Positions 25,361-38,269 of a stretch of DNA of 64,000 nt are shown in pieces. Every line of letters begins with the position of its first letter. Within the stretch, counting starts at the first letter, position 1. A model generated the notes under the pieces. It was given only the letters and a program-made list of their open reading frames with translations. It was not told where the DNA came from and did no database searches. The translations under genes and the position numbers were made by a program. This DNA comes from Octopus sinensis (Eukaryota): NCBI RefSeq assembly GCF_006345805.1, contig NC_043000.1, forward strand, positions 122,946,001-123,010,000, written 5' to 3'.

Positions 25361-27321
25361 TAGTAGTAGTAGTAGTAGTAGTAGTAATTCTTTGTAAGAT
25401 AGACAGAACGCATGAAATTTCGTGGCGGAGAGCAAGCAAATCGACCGCAGTATTTCAGTGGCACTTTCGACTCTGGAGTGATGAAAGGAAAAGTGACCGC
25501 GACGTAATTTAAGCTTGTTGATATGTAGGGAAGGTGCTAAAAGCTAAATCGTACCATTGTACCTTATTACGTCGACTCCGAACGGACGGGAGACAAATTT
25601 GACCGAGGCGGTATTTGGACTCAGAACGTAAAAAACCGGAACAATTAACGCGAGGTCTTTTGTCCGCCGCTCTACTGTTTCTACCTATCAACCACCACTG
25701 TATGCATGGATTACATAATGAAAGATATAATGGCTTTTAAAATGACATGGTTTAACATCAAGACAAATTTGATAAGTGACTTTGATCATTGAATTGAAAA
25801 AGATTAATTTACAGATGACAGATTGCTTCTGGGTAACACTCAACATGGGAACGTCTGCTTCATTAAGAACTATTTACACGAATCTATATAATACATTCAC
25901 CCCAGACACTGCAATTTTGATTTCTTAAATTAATAATTAAACTTGAGTAAATTATTTATAAAATATTGTCTTGTTGCCGAGGCAACACTGTCTTCAGTTT
26001 GACTTGCAACACTTTCCATGAAATGCCAAAAAAAAAAAAAGAAGAAATAATAATAATAATAATAAATACATAAAATATTGTGAGAAGTATTTAACCATTT
26101 CTACCAAATGAAAAGATACAGAAATCAAATTGAGTAAAATAATTCATGTAAGAACCGAAACTACAATTCAAATACGACTCTAAGACTTGCTTGTTCATCA
26201 GAATTGCTAGCCTTGTAATAAAAATTAAAACAAATTATTCTCTTAATTTAATGTTGAAGAATGGACTATATTGGTGACTTTGGAAGCCTTCAGAGACCGC
26301 TGAAGTCGACGAAGTTGGCATTTCTCTTGAAAAATTGATAAGCATTATTATGAAAAAACGTATGAATAGGAAAAGGATTTCGCGAGGAAGCAACATTTTA
26401 AAATGGAATGAATGTGTATCATGGTTATGTGGTATCTGGAGGGGTTATACAATGTTGATGGGAACAGGAGGTACGTGTGAGTTGAGAACATCAAGTCGTA
26501 GTGGTATGAGACCAGCCAACACTGAGGAGTAGAGGTTACAACAGTAAAAGTAGAACAAGGTAAGGAGAGGAGACAGAATGATTGTAAGCTAGAGTTTAGG
26601 CTACGTTGTTGAGTGATTGCGCACCCATCAATGACGTAAGGTCTCTTTTAACGCGATTTAGAATATATGTGTGCCTATGTGAGTCTGTGTGAGTCTCTGT
26701 GTGCGTGCGTGCGTGAGTGCGTGCGTGCGTGCGTGAGTGCGTGCGTACGGAGTGCGTACTTGAGGCAGTCACATTATCTCAGATGAGAAAAAATTATTCC
26801 ATTGTGGCTATAGTAGAAAATTATTCTATTGCATTCTGTAGAACACTTGCATTTGTTGGGGATGAAATATTTCCTAATTCTGAAGAATTCCAATCCTTAG
26901 AAAGTAGTTTCATGTTGGTAATTGTCACAGAAGCTACTGACAACTATTAGATTGAGTGAGTTGAGTTGAATCAATTTCGAATAAAATGTTCTTCCCGGAA
27001 TGTATTTAAACTCATAGTTCATACGCTATCTCTATGGATGTTTCGCTTTGGTGTCTCCTTCATGTTTCTCAATATAATCCGTAGTCAAAAGGCGGTAATG
27101 AGACAGAAATAACTGAGCCGCGTTGCATTCTTTTCAGTTACGCAGAATTTACTCTTCACTTTTGAACTCATCGACGTTTATTCAATATATTTTAATCCTC
27201 TCAAATCTGTGTCTTAGTGCCAAAATTAAGGGTTCATAAAACGAACCACCATCTTTAAACCCATGAATAATTTTGCCGACTTTCACTCTTGTTGTTAATA
27301 CCAACTTTAGTTCTGATCTGT

Positions 27322-27723
27322 GGAGGCGCAATGGCCCAGTGGTTAGGGAAGCGGACTCGCGATCGTAGGATCGCGCACTCTTTCTGCCTGTTTCTGTTGT
27401 ACCTGTATTTCAAAGGGCCAGCCTTGTCACACTCTGTATCATTCTGAATCTCCCCGAGAACTACGTTAAGGGTACACGTATCTGTGGAGTGCTCAGCCAC
27501 TTGCACGTTAATAAATGAGCTGCGATGTCACTGGTGACAAGTTGTATCGGCCTTTGCCTTTCCCTTGGATAACATCGGTGGCGTGGAGAGGGGAGGCTGG
27601 TATGCGTGGGTTACTGCTGGTCTTCCATAAACAACCTTGCCCATACTTGTGCCTCGGAGCGTAACTTTCTAGGTGCAATCCCACGGTCAGTCATGACCGA
27701 AGGGGGTCACAACAACACAACAA
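27322..27723 (+). mobile_element. tRNA-derived SINE (family D) with a (CAA)-type tail
   Basis: A-box TGGCCCAGTGG in ggaggcgcaatggcccagtggttagg, B-box region deleted, tail cacaacaacacaacaa. Confidence 0.65.
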
Positions 27724-27938
27724 GTTCTGATCAAGAAAACTCTTGGCGAAACATATTCCAACATTCTCATCTTATTTTCTAGTGAAAACAAGCATGATAT
27801 GCTTTGGAAAAGTCTCGTCTACTATTTCTAGTAGGCTGAGTGATCATACAGATGCCTATCTTTGAACTTATTCAATCAAACATAATACTATTGATAAAAC
27901 TGTCAATATATAAAACACAGGTGCAGATATTTTACAAG

Positions 27939-27999
<61 letters not shown>

Positions 28000-28040
28000 G
28001 CCGCAGCTCTGAGCTGAAACAAGAAAAACGAAACGAAAAC

Positions 28041-28092
<52 letters not shown>

Positions 28093-29176
28093 CATAACGT
28101 TTTAAAACTACCATGGACGAATAATTAAGGTACCTTAATATGTAATATTTGATATCCTAATTCGGTAAAGCATTGGTTGGCACCGAGTAAACTACGTTTA
28201 TTGAGTTCTGTTGAAAATGTCGACGCCATTCAGATTTTCTAACTTGGCTTTTTACATGCGCTACAGCATTGGGGTTACGTTGTCCGTCTTTGAAACGAAA
28301 CACTTTAGAAATTCAGCCATGTTAATGACCCAAGAGAGATTTAGATAAATAGTATTCTGGCTCATATACTATATCACTATTTCAAACTTTGGTCGCCTAC
28401 TTTGCCAGGAAGGAGCCTAATATCTTTTAGTTTTACATTTCTGCTATTAAAACAAAAATCTAATTTAATGAAAATTATTGGCTTTTATTTCAGGAAAACC
28501 AGTGCTGTGTAATCAATTTTATCGCTAGATTTTACTCCACTGTCTAACAACTTTTAATGGATTGTCTTTCCTCTTCGCTTCTCTTTTATCACCGAAATAA
28601 AGAGCCACAGCTTTTGGTCACTACTTTCCACATGTGTGATTGGTTTCCAAGTACAACAAATTATTATAGCATTGTAAAAGCATGAACTGCAGACACACTC
28701 AGACACACGCAAACATGCGCGCACACACATATATACATCCATCAATACATACATACATGCATACATACATACATACATACATACATACATACATACATGC
28801 ATGCATACATACATACATACATGCATACATACATACTTACATGCATACATATATACATACATACATACTTACATGCATACATACATACATACATACATAC
28901 ATACATACAAGCACATACACGCATGTACAGTTCAGAAGGTGTATATATATATATATATATATATATTGATATATATATTTATGTGTATATATAAACATAC
29001 ACATACACACACACACACACACAAACATATATATAATATATATATATATATATTATATTTATACATACATATTATATTTATACATACATATATATAATAT
29101 ATATATATATATATAATATATATATATATATATTTATACATACATATATATATATTTATACATACATATATATTAA

Positions 29177-29208
<32 letters not shown>

Positions 29209-29291
29209 TATCTATATATATATTTATACATACATATATATATTTATACATACATATATATATATTATATATATACATACATATATATATA

Positions 29292-29505
29292 GTCGTTGTC
29301 TATGCAGAGTTTGACCACCTTCAGTACCTATACCTTAGAACCATCATGGCATCTGATGTGGCTTTTTAAACCAGACAATGTTTTGAATAGACCCCACATA
29401 GATTACATATCCGATTAGGACCATCAAGAACCGCAGATAAGTTATGATCTTTGTGTATCTTAAAATGTCTTTTGAGGTCTCCGTTAGATTTGCAAACCTC
29501 CTGGT
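29292..29505 (-). mobile_element. Fragment encoding two C2H2 zinc fingers (probable RTE-type LINE 3' end)
   Basis: VCKSNGDLKRHFKIH...[25 protein letters not shown] with one 1-bp frameshift and a short 3' UTR; embedded in (TA)n. Confidence 0.6.
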
Positions 29506-30724
29506 ATATATATATATATATAATATAATATATATATATATATATATATTGATATACATACATATAAGAAACACACATATATATACATACACACGTATAC
29601 ATGCAGACTTAAGTACATGGATACGTGACTTCAAACTGATGTGTCTAAATTCCAATGGAAAAGTTTTGTTTCTTGGTTTGAAACCACCTCAACATGTATT
29701 GGTGAGATAATGCTAAAATAAAATAAAACATATTCACGTATATATGTACTAACGTACTTGCATAAATATATATACATATATATATACATACGAGTATACT
29801 CATTGACATATGTATGTATGCATGTGTGTATGTATATATATATATATATAATATATATATATATACACATACATATGTATATGTGTGTACACACACACAT
29901 ATATATATATATATGCTTATATCTTTATATGTATATATATATATAAGTATACAGATATGCATACAAATGTACGTACATGCGTACATACGTATATGCTTAT
30001 GTACCTACATGCATAAATATATATACAAATAAATTGCCTAGGCATGAACCGTTGAATGTATATAAGACCTTGATTAACCGCTGACTATATATATAAGGTC
30101 TTGATTAACAGGTCAGATAGTAAAAATCAATGAATACGAATGTTCTAATCAAGATAAAATCGAATGTATGAAAAAAGAAAAAAGAAGAAAAGAAATAAAA
30201 GAAAAGAAGAAGAAGGGAAGAAAGACTATGAATGAATCAGTGAATGACTGAATGAATGGCTTGATGAATGACCGAAGGACGGAATAATATGAATGAATCA
30301 CTGAATCAATGAGTGGGTTAGTATTATATTGAATAAATTTTATAGTGTCCTCCACTTCCTTCTCCTTCTCCTCCTCCTCTGCAGCCTCCTCCCTCAACCA
30401 TCACTAGGTTACCAACTGCCTTTCTGTAGTCATGTGATGCTTGAATAGGATAATGTGTAGGCGTCGGTTGCTAAACCGGTATATACGTAGGTAGCTATGT
30501 TAGGTAGGTAGGTAGGTAGGTAGGTAGGTAGGTAGGTAGGTAGAATAGGTAGGTCGATAGTTATGTCGGTACGTAGGTAACCAGGTAAGTGGGTGCTGAC
30601 ATACTGATGCCCTCATCTCAGACCTGAGGTTTCGTTGACAAAACCGAATTCTGTGATTTAATTTCACAAAGGACCCCCACCCCATCCATGTAGCGATAAT
30701 CGCATTTGTTTCATAGAAATCATA

Positions 30725-31130
30725 GGCATGGCAAGGTGGTTAAAATTTTGAGACAGGTATGCCTGTGCGGTTAAAATGCTCGCTTTGAAACCATGTAGTT
30801 TCAGGTTCTATCCCACTACACGGCACCTTGTACGTGAATTTGTTAGACGGAAGATGTGTGGAAATCCGTCGCATGTGTGTATATGTATCTGTATCTGTGT
30901 ATATGTATTTGCGTCTCTCAGCTTGTTCCACCCCATCACTTAGCAACTGGTGTTGGTTTGTTTACGTCCGAGTAACTTGACAGTTCAGCTTAAGAAAACG
31001 ATGAAATAAGTAGCGGATTTTAAAGAAAATATTGGTGTTAATCTGTTTGACTAAAACCCATCAAGTCGGTGTCCCAACGTGGTCGGACTCCAATGAGTAA
31101 AACAAGTACACGATAAAAGGTAAAAGATAC
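30725..31130 (+). mobile_element. Older SINE family A-like copy
   Basis: Degenerate head ggcatggcaaggtggtt, caggttctatcccactacacggcaccttg and tail gtaaaacaagta...gtaaaaga. Confidence 0.7.
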
Positions 31131-31169
31131 CGGGTAAAATAGCATTTCATCGATAGAAATATTACCATT

Positions 31170-31405
31170 AAGGCGACGAACTGGCAGAAACGTTAACACG
31201 TCGGGCAAAATGCTTAGCAATATTTCGTCTGCCGTTACGTTCTGAGTTCAAATTCCGCCGAGGTCGACTTTGCCTTTCATCCTTTCGGAGTTGATAAATT
31301 AAGTACCAGTTACGCACTGGGGTCGATGTAATCGACTTAATCCCTTTGTCTGTCCTTGTTTGTCCCCTCTATGTTTAACCGCTTGTGGGCAATAAAGAAA
31401 TAAGA
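31170..31405 (+). mobile_element. SINE family B monomer
   Basis: Full head-to-tail match. Confidence 0.9.
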
Positions 31406-31773
31406 ACTGTCACCGTTAATACACACCTGTGTCCATGCGCATACACATACTAATACACAAGCATACACCTTATAGCAAATTTATTCAAGTTCGTGTACCT
31501 TTATACATGCGTACACACACGTGTTGGTTTTCTGTATATATGGGTTTGCTTTAAACAGGTTTGGTTAGTGTCCAGTACTGCAAAAAGGCGGAGAATTGGC
31601 ACACATGTGAGAGTATCGTGTGGCGTAAAATGACTGGTGTTATTCGTTCAGGCTCTCTAAGTTCTGAGTTCAAACTCAGCGATGTTATTTTCGTCTTTCA
31701 GTTTTTACGGATCTATGAACGAAGGTCCAGGTCAGCACAGGAGTCTATATGTACGTGTGTGTGTATGTATATA

Positions 31774-32587
31774 GGGTACGGTTAATAGATTGTCTAAATT
31801 ACGCAAATATGAAAATAACGCTGACATTTCATTTTTACAGATATATTTACCAAAATTGTATAAACAATATCTTGAAATACTAATTTTATTCAAGAAAATC
31901 GCCATTCATCAACGACCTCGAGACGACGTCGCAATCTTCTGCGACTCTCCTGGGCGGTCTCCTTGTTTAAGTTGGTGAATGCTGCCATAATCCTTGCCTT
32001 CAGTTCATCTTTGGTTTTACAAGGAGTTTTGTTGGTCTCTTGCTCAACTGCGCCCAACACGTTGCAATTTGGGGAGTTAGGTGGCCATAGGAGTAATGTG
32101 GTCACAAAAATTGTCTGACAGTCATGACTGGGTTCTCCTGCTTCTGTGGTATGGTGCAGATTCCTGTTACCAGACATAGGGTCTTCCAGCAGCCACCCTA
32201 TTGATCCAGAGCAGCACTACCTCCTCCAGGCACTAGATGTAGGCCTCTGTGTTGAGTCTGAGGCTGTGTGGGAAGACGAATGAAGCATAACGTCGCCATC
32301 ACTAGTGATGGCGACCATGTTGTTGACTGAATGTTTGATTTTTATCACTTTCGGCACATGCACTGTCTTCAGATTGACATCTAAACTCTCTGAAATGTTC
32401 GTATTGGAGTTTCCGGCGCGAATGCTAAGCAGTACAGAATGTTGTTTCCAAACTTCTGGCAGAGTGAATTGCATCATGGTGCTGTTTTTCTCACAGACGG
32501 TGCCCAACTGACCCTACTATTCTGTGCAGTCGACAAAATCAAACAGTGCGACAAAATCAAACTACGACAACTTACCCATCGCACACT
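31774..32587 (-). mobile_element. Deleted and decayed Tc1/mariner (maT/DD37D-like) transposon
   Basis: GRPYVW.Q.SAP, WPPNSP.CN..GAVEQETNKTPCKTKDELKARIMAAFTNLNKET; HTH-like SIRAGNSNTNISESLDVN; degenerate ~23-bp TIRs (15/23 by eye) in TA context. Confidence 0.8.
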
Positions 32588-32602
32588 ATATATATATATG
32601 TG

Positions 32603-33181
32603 TTAGTTAGTTAGTTAATTTTTTGGCTCAAAAAGCAAAAAGCAAGGCCATGTAGGGGGACATGGAGTTATGTACAGGGTGGTGTTCATGTAAAGAGTTC
32701 AGGCCACTTGAGGTCAAGGGAGACTTTGAACAAAGCGGTCGTCGGCATCTTCACCATCTCGTCTGGCAGCTTATTCCACGGATCCGCAGCCCGGACGGAG
32801 AAAGCCCCTCTCCTTCGATTGAGATAAAATCGTCGCAGATAGAGCTTTTCGGAATGACCCCGCAGCCGACGCTCTGGAGCAGGACTGAAGAACAGCTCTT
32901 TCGAGAGGTTACACTTTCCGCTTATGATGTTGTGAGCAAGAATGAGGTCTCCACGTCGTCGTCGATTTTCTAGAGAATAAAGGTCGAGCGTCTTCAGCCT
33001 TTCTTCATAAGACAAATTCTTGAGACCAAGAACCATGCGGGTAGCCAGCTTCTGGACTCTTTCGATATGTTGTATGTCTTTGAGGAGATAAGGAGAAGAA
33101 GCTTGAATCCCGTACTCCAATACGGGTCTCACCAGCGTGACATAGAGCGGTAGGAATATGGCTGCTGTGAACATTCCGAAT
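32603..33181 (-). mobile_element. CR1-clade LINE 3' fragment with an intact frame and (TAAC)n tail
   Basis: VRPVLEYG...IERVQKLATRMV.GL..LSYEERL..LDLYSLE.RRRRGDLI...LRGHSEKL...WNKLP; 162-aa open frame. Confidence 0.92.
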
Positions 33182-33209
33182 GACCGTTATGTGTGTGTGT
33201 GTGTGTGTA

Positions 33210-33380
33210 TCTTTTATCGTGTTTCAGTCATTTCACTGCAGCCATGCAGGGACCCACCATGAAGGGTTTTAGTCGAACAAATCGACCCCTGTACTTATTT
33301 TCTTAACCTAATACTTATTCTATCTGTTTCTTTTGCCGAACCACTAAGCTACGGGAACATAAATACACAAACACACACAC
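33210..33380 (-). mobile_element. SINE family A 3' fragment (degenerate)
   Basis: gtttcagtcatttcactgcagccatgc...aaatcgacccctg is the reverse complement of the family A tail. Confidence 0.7.
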
Positions 33381-33410
33381 ATATTTACATTTATATATAT
33401 ATACATACAT

Positions 33411-33470
<60 letters not shown>

Positions 33471-33969
33471 ATTAATGGCAATCGCTTATTATGATCCCTT
33501 TGGGTCAATGTACTGGCATGTAACTGATTGATTACATTAAGCTGAGGCTATAACAATATCTGGATCTTTTATTCCAAATAAGCTTATTTAATTCATTCTA
33601 AATAAACTCTATGGAACTCACTAATCTTCATATCGATAATCGTTTTATAACATTATGCATGATTATATAAATGGACATTTATATATATATATATATAAGT
33701 GAGAAAGTTGGTGTGTGATATATATATATATATTATATATATATATATATTATAATATATATATATATAATATATATATATATATCTTATGCAAGATTCT
33801 TGATGTGAACTCGTGTGTTGAAACAGATATTGTTGTTTTTTGGGATGGTCATGTTGCCAATTTAGCCAATGAAAACACACGCACTATTTATTCGGTGGTC
33901 GCTTGTTTCTATATCCATATGTGTGTGTGTGTATTTATATGCGTGTACTGACATACCAATCAAAATTAC

Positions 33970-34385
33970 CTATTTCTTTACTACCCACAAGGGGCTAAAC
34001 ACAGAGGGGACAAACAAGGACAGACAAACGGATTAAGTCGATTATATCGACACCAGTGCGTAACTGGTACTTATTTAATCGACCCCGATAGGATGAAAGG
34101 CAAAGTCGACCTCGGCGGAATTTGAACTCAGAACGTAACGGCAGACGAAATACCTATTTCTTTATTACCCACAAGGGGCTAAACATAGAGGGGACAAACA
34201 AGGACAGACATAGGTATTAAGTCGATTACATCGACCCCAGTGCGTAACTGGTACTTATTTAATCGACCCCGAAAGGATGAAAGGCAAAGTCGACCTCGGC
34301 GGAATTTGAACTCAGAACGTAACGGCAGACGAAATTCCGCTAAGCATTTCGCCCGGCGCGCTAAGGTTTCTGCCATTTCGCTGCC
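33970..34385 (-). mobile_element. SINE family B tandem dimer with a 15-bp TSD
   Basis: Unit junction at 34153/34154; CCAATCAAAATTACC at 33956-33970 and 34390-34404. Confidence 0.93.
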
Positions 34386-34512
34386 TTTTCCAATCAAAAT
34401 TACCAAACCACAAATATTCACTTAAACACAAATGTGAAAGCAAGCAAATGAATAAAAATCCTAATACCCCGTACCAATGACGAAAATAATCGAAAATAAA
34501 AACGTCAGACAT

Positions 34513-34570
34513 ACCCGTATCACCGTGATTTCGAACTTTGAGGAATACCCTTAGTTTATCTTCAGCTAGT
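34513..34570 (-). ncRNA. Minimal type I hammerhead ribozyme motif (copy 1)
   Basis: actag-CTGAAGA-T-AAACT..AGTTC-GAAA-TCACGGTGAT-A-cgggt. The core is intact, stem III is the near-palindromic ATCAC-G-GTGAT and the cleavage triplet is AUA. Confidence 0.7.
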
Positions 34571-34807
34571 TTTATGCCGGTACTGCCTGTTAGCACCCTT
34601 AATTATTTTTTGATAATTTTTACCTTTATGGTTTCTTTTTATGCATGCTAAACCACTGATATCATTATAAACAATGATATCCTTATATATATATTTAAAT
34701 GATTTTTATTCACTTCGATCACCTTGTTAAATTTGCTGCGGCATTAAAAGCGGTCATCGCACACGTTTGTTGAGATGAATAAACCATACAACCCTGGGAT
34801 CAATAAG

Positions 34808-34860
34808 AATCGCTGAAGATGAACTAAGAGTATTTCTCAAAGTTGGAAATCACGGTGATA
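34808..34860 (+). ncRNA. Minimal type I hammerhead motif (copy 2; stem I 3' strand deleted)
   Basis: atcg-CTGAAGA-T-GAACT..AGTTG-GAAA-TCACGGTGAT-A; inverted homolog of copy 1. Confidence 0.6.
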
Positions 34861-35248
34861 TTTTCGATCATTTTCATTAATGGTACGGATTGTTAGGGTT
34901 TTTATTCATTTGTCAGCTTTCACGTTTGTGCTTAAGTGAAAAGTCGTGGTTTGGTCATTTTCACTGCTATGTCAGCATGCCGGTACTGCTTGTTAGTACC
35001 CTTAATTATTACTACTTTGTATATGTATTTATTGTGTTTAATAAATGCGTCAATGTACTAATTAAATGGATAAGAAATACGAATATATTGTAGTAGCAGT
35101 ATTAGTTTTCAGTATAATGAAAGTGAGATGTATTCAGTACTGAAGACTTTTATAGTGTTTTATTTTGTGAGTATTTAAAATGCTTTTTTTAACTATTTAA
35201 GGAAGAAGTATAATCATAAATGCAAATATAAACCTTAAATTCAAACGT

Positions 35249-35280
<32 letters not shown>

Positions 35281-35307
35281 TGTATGTATGTATGTATTTA
35301 TGTAATA

Positions 35308-35751
35308 GGCGTAGGAGTGGCTGTGTGGTAAGTAGCTTGCTTACGAACCACATTGTTCCACGTTCAGTCCTACTGCGTGGCACCTTGAGCAAGTGTATTC
35401 TACTATAGCCCCGGGCCGACCAAAGCCTTGTGGGTGAATTTGTAGACGGAAATTGAAAGAAGCCCGTCGTATATATGTATACACATATATATATGTGTGT
35501 GTGTGTATGTGTGTGTGAGTGTGTGTGTATGTGTGTGTGTATGTCTGTGTGTCTGTGTTTGTCCCCCAACATCTCTTGACAACCGATGCTGGTGTGTTTA
35601 CGTCCCCGTAACTTAGTGGTTCGGCAAAGAGACCGATAGAATAAGTACTAGGCTTACAAAGAATAAGTCCTGGGGTTGATTTGCTCGAATAAATGCGGTG
35701 CTCCAGCATAGCCACAGTCAAATAACCGAAACAAGTAAAAGAGTAAAGGAG
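35308..35751 (+). mobile_element. SINE family A
   Basis: Full match. Confidence 0.9.
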
Positions 35752-36177
35752 TATGTAATGAATGTATGCAGGTATCATGAATACATTTTTTGGCCATATT
35801 ATATGTCTCAGCCGTTCAGTTTCAAGCCTATTTGTACAATTTGTGCATGTCCTTGTAGGGTGCGTGGAACAAATCGACTCGGTAATTACAATTTCAAATC
35901 CGGTTTTTATTCTTTCATCTCTTTAATCGATCAAAGGACATGCAATAACAAACTCAATGATGGAATGAAGGCGTGGGTGGTAACCTTGACCACCTGCTGC
36001 AACGTCCGTCTCTACCGCATCTGTGCAGATGAGTGTAGGTTAGTAGATAAACTGAAAACTTACATCCGCTTTGCTTTAAGGCAACAATGAAGCAATAACA
36101 TTGATTGAAATCAAACTGCACCCATCACACACGCATACAAACATACATACATGGGTGTGTGGAGGCTGTGGGAGGAG

Positions 36178-36224
<47 letters not shown>

Positions 36225-38269
36225 TATGTGTGTGTGTGTGTGTATGTGTGTGTGTTTTGGGTGGGTGTGTCCTAGAGTCATCTCTTCATGGGCACATAGT
36301 CGGATCAGTTTAAAACAGTTTGGTCCGAGTGTCGTTATGTTTTAAACTGTTTAAAATGGTGAATGCACCAAAATATATTTTGTTGCACTCGTAACACTAC
36401 ATTTTTCAATTCTGGAAATACCTCATGGAGAAAAAAAGCATAAAGAAAATTTCTATAAATAAAATATAAGATAAATGAAATGAGCGTACTTTTCAAATTT
36501 GCAAATCTATTCATGTGCAGTAGCATACCTCCGCAAACAAAATGTCTTCTTAATGCTTCTTTTAAAAACTGCAGAGAAAAATGTATTTGTTTAGATAACA
36601 TTTTTTCTTCTCTTTGTGTATGATCCTGTTGCAGCTAAGTTTATTTTCAGCTTACCTTTTGACTTGTACTCTCTCTCTCTCACTCTGTCCTCGCATCCTC
36701 TCTCTCACCATCTCCCTCTCTTTTTTCTCCTTCTCTCTGCATTCCGACTGGCATCCCTTATCATAAGCATTCCATCTTCAAAATTTCTAAATATATTTGA
36801 AGTCCACACCACGCGTGTCAAGAAATTCTCTGACATAACTGTCGTCTATTTTCGACATTCTCAGGTGTAAACCAAGTTGAATTGTGTGATTTCATTTACT
36901 GCTGTAAATTTAACCCCGAATCCACCAAAATTATTTGCGTTGTGAAGAATTATATTTTTCCAAGCAGATCTCATATGGCTGACAGTTACCTCGCACCATC
37001 CATCATCTATATTTTCTAATGAATACCTTATGTTACAATTCTTCCCAAAGTCTTTATGGTCCGTTGCATTTTCTTCTGCTTTTTGCTCGAGAGTCTGGAC
37101 AAAGTTTTGCGTAAAAATACAACCGCAATATGATACTATAAATCACTAACAACTGCAGTTGGTTCATACAGCGCATTTCCCCAAATTGATAAAATTTTAA
37201 AATGTAAATGTTATAGACTTATAATATCATTTGGCTTCGCCTCAGAACCGTCTTGAATCAATTTTCAAATAATGATTATCTTAAGCCAAGCTTCAATTCC
37301 CAATTTTGTTTGAATTCTCTAAGTGCACTTAGATATTTCTGGTCACAAGATTAAAACCGGTTTTAATTTTAAATCATCAACGTTACCATCTAGTAAAAGT
37401 TTCAAACGGTCATTAGTCACTTGGTGTCTAGATTGCAATTTATCTTCCTTTGTCAATTAAGTTTTATTAGGAATTCGATTATGCATAACCACAATCATTT
37501 ATCTAATATGTTTTACTAACACAGCTTGGCACCATTGACATCGCGACTCATTTCTACAGCAGAGTGAACTGGAGCAACGTAAGATAAAGTGTCTTGCTCA
37601 AGAACACAATGCACAGCCCAATACGGAAATTGAACTAACTATCTATCTATCTATCTATCTATCTAATATATATATATAGAGAGAGAGGGGGGAGAGAGAG
37701 AGAGATAGAGAGAGAGAGAAATTTTGAAAGAAGAAAACAGAATTAAGATTATAATGCGCTATTTTTCGCTTCTTATTCTAAATCTGTACATTCTGAGTTC
37801 TGACACCGAGGACATCTTAGCCCCCATCTTTCCAGGGTGGATATAATAAAGTACCAATCGTGTACTGGGATCGATGCCACCGACGATTTACTCTTCTCAA
37901 AATTGTTGTGCTTTGTGACTAAATTAAAAACAATTATTTTTCCATATCTATGTGCGCGGCGGCGCAGTGTACCGCAGTCAATTGAAAGTTTATGCGCAGT
38001 ATTCGAATTTTGACGGGAAAATATGAAGCTCAAAGTAGTATTCACAGCCGCTGTAATCGGAGTAATAATATTTGTGTGTTCGTGTGTGTATCAACATATG
38101 TGTGTTCGTGCGTGTATCAATATATATTTCTATATGTGTGTATATATATGTCATGTCAATACATATGTGCACATATGTGTGTTAAAAGATATAAAGCTGG
38201 TTAGAAAATATTTGCGAATAATCAAGAAGGTATATTGGCTAGAAACAGCAGCAATCAGCATAGAAAATG

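Noticed and set aside
29630-29680. CTGATGT...GAAA motif
   Set aside because: Core mismatch and no convincing stem II or cleavage triplet.
30605-30650. Possible hammerhead on the minus strand (GAAA-CC-UCA-GG-UC)
   Set aside because: No CUGANGA core or stem I in the required positions.
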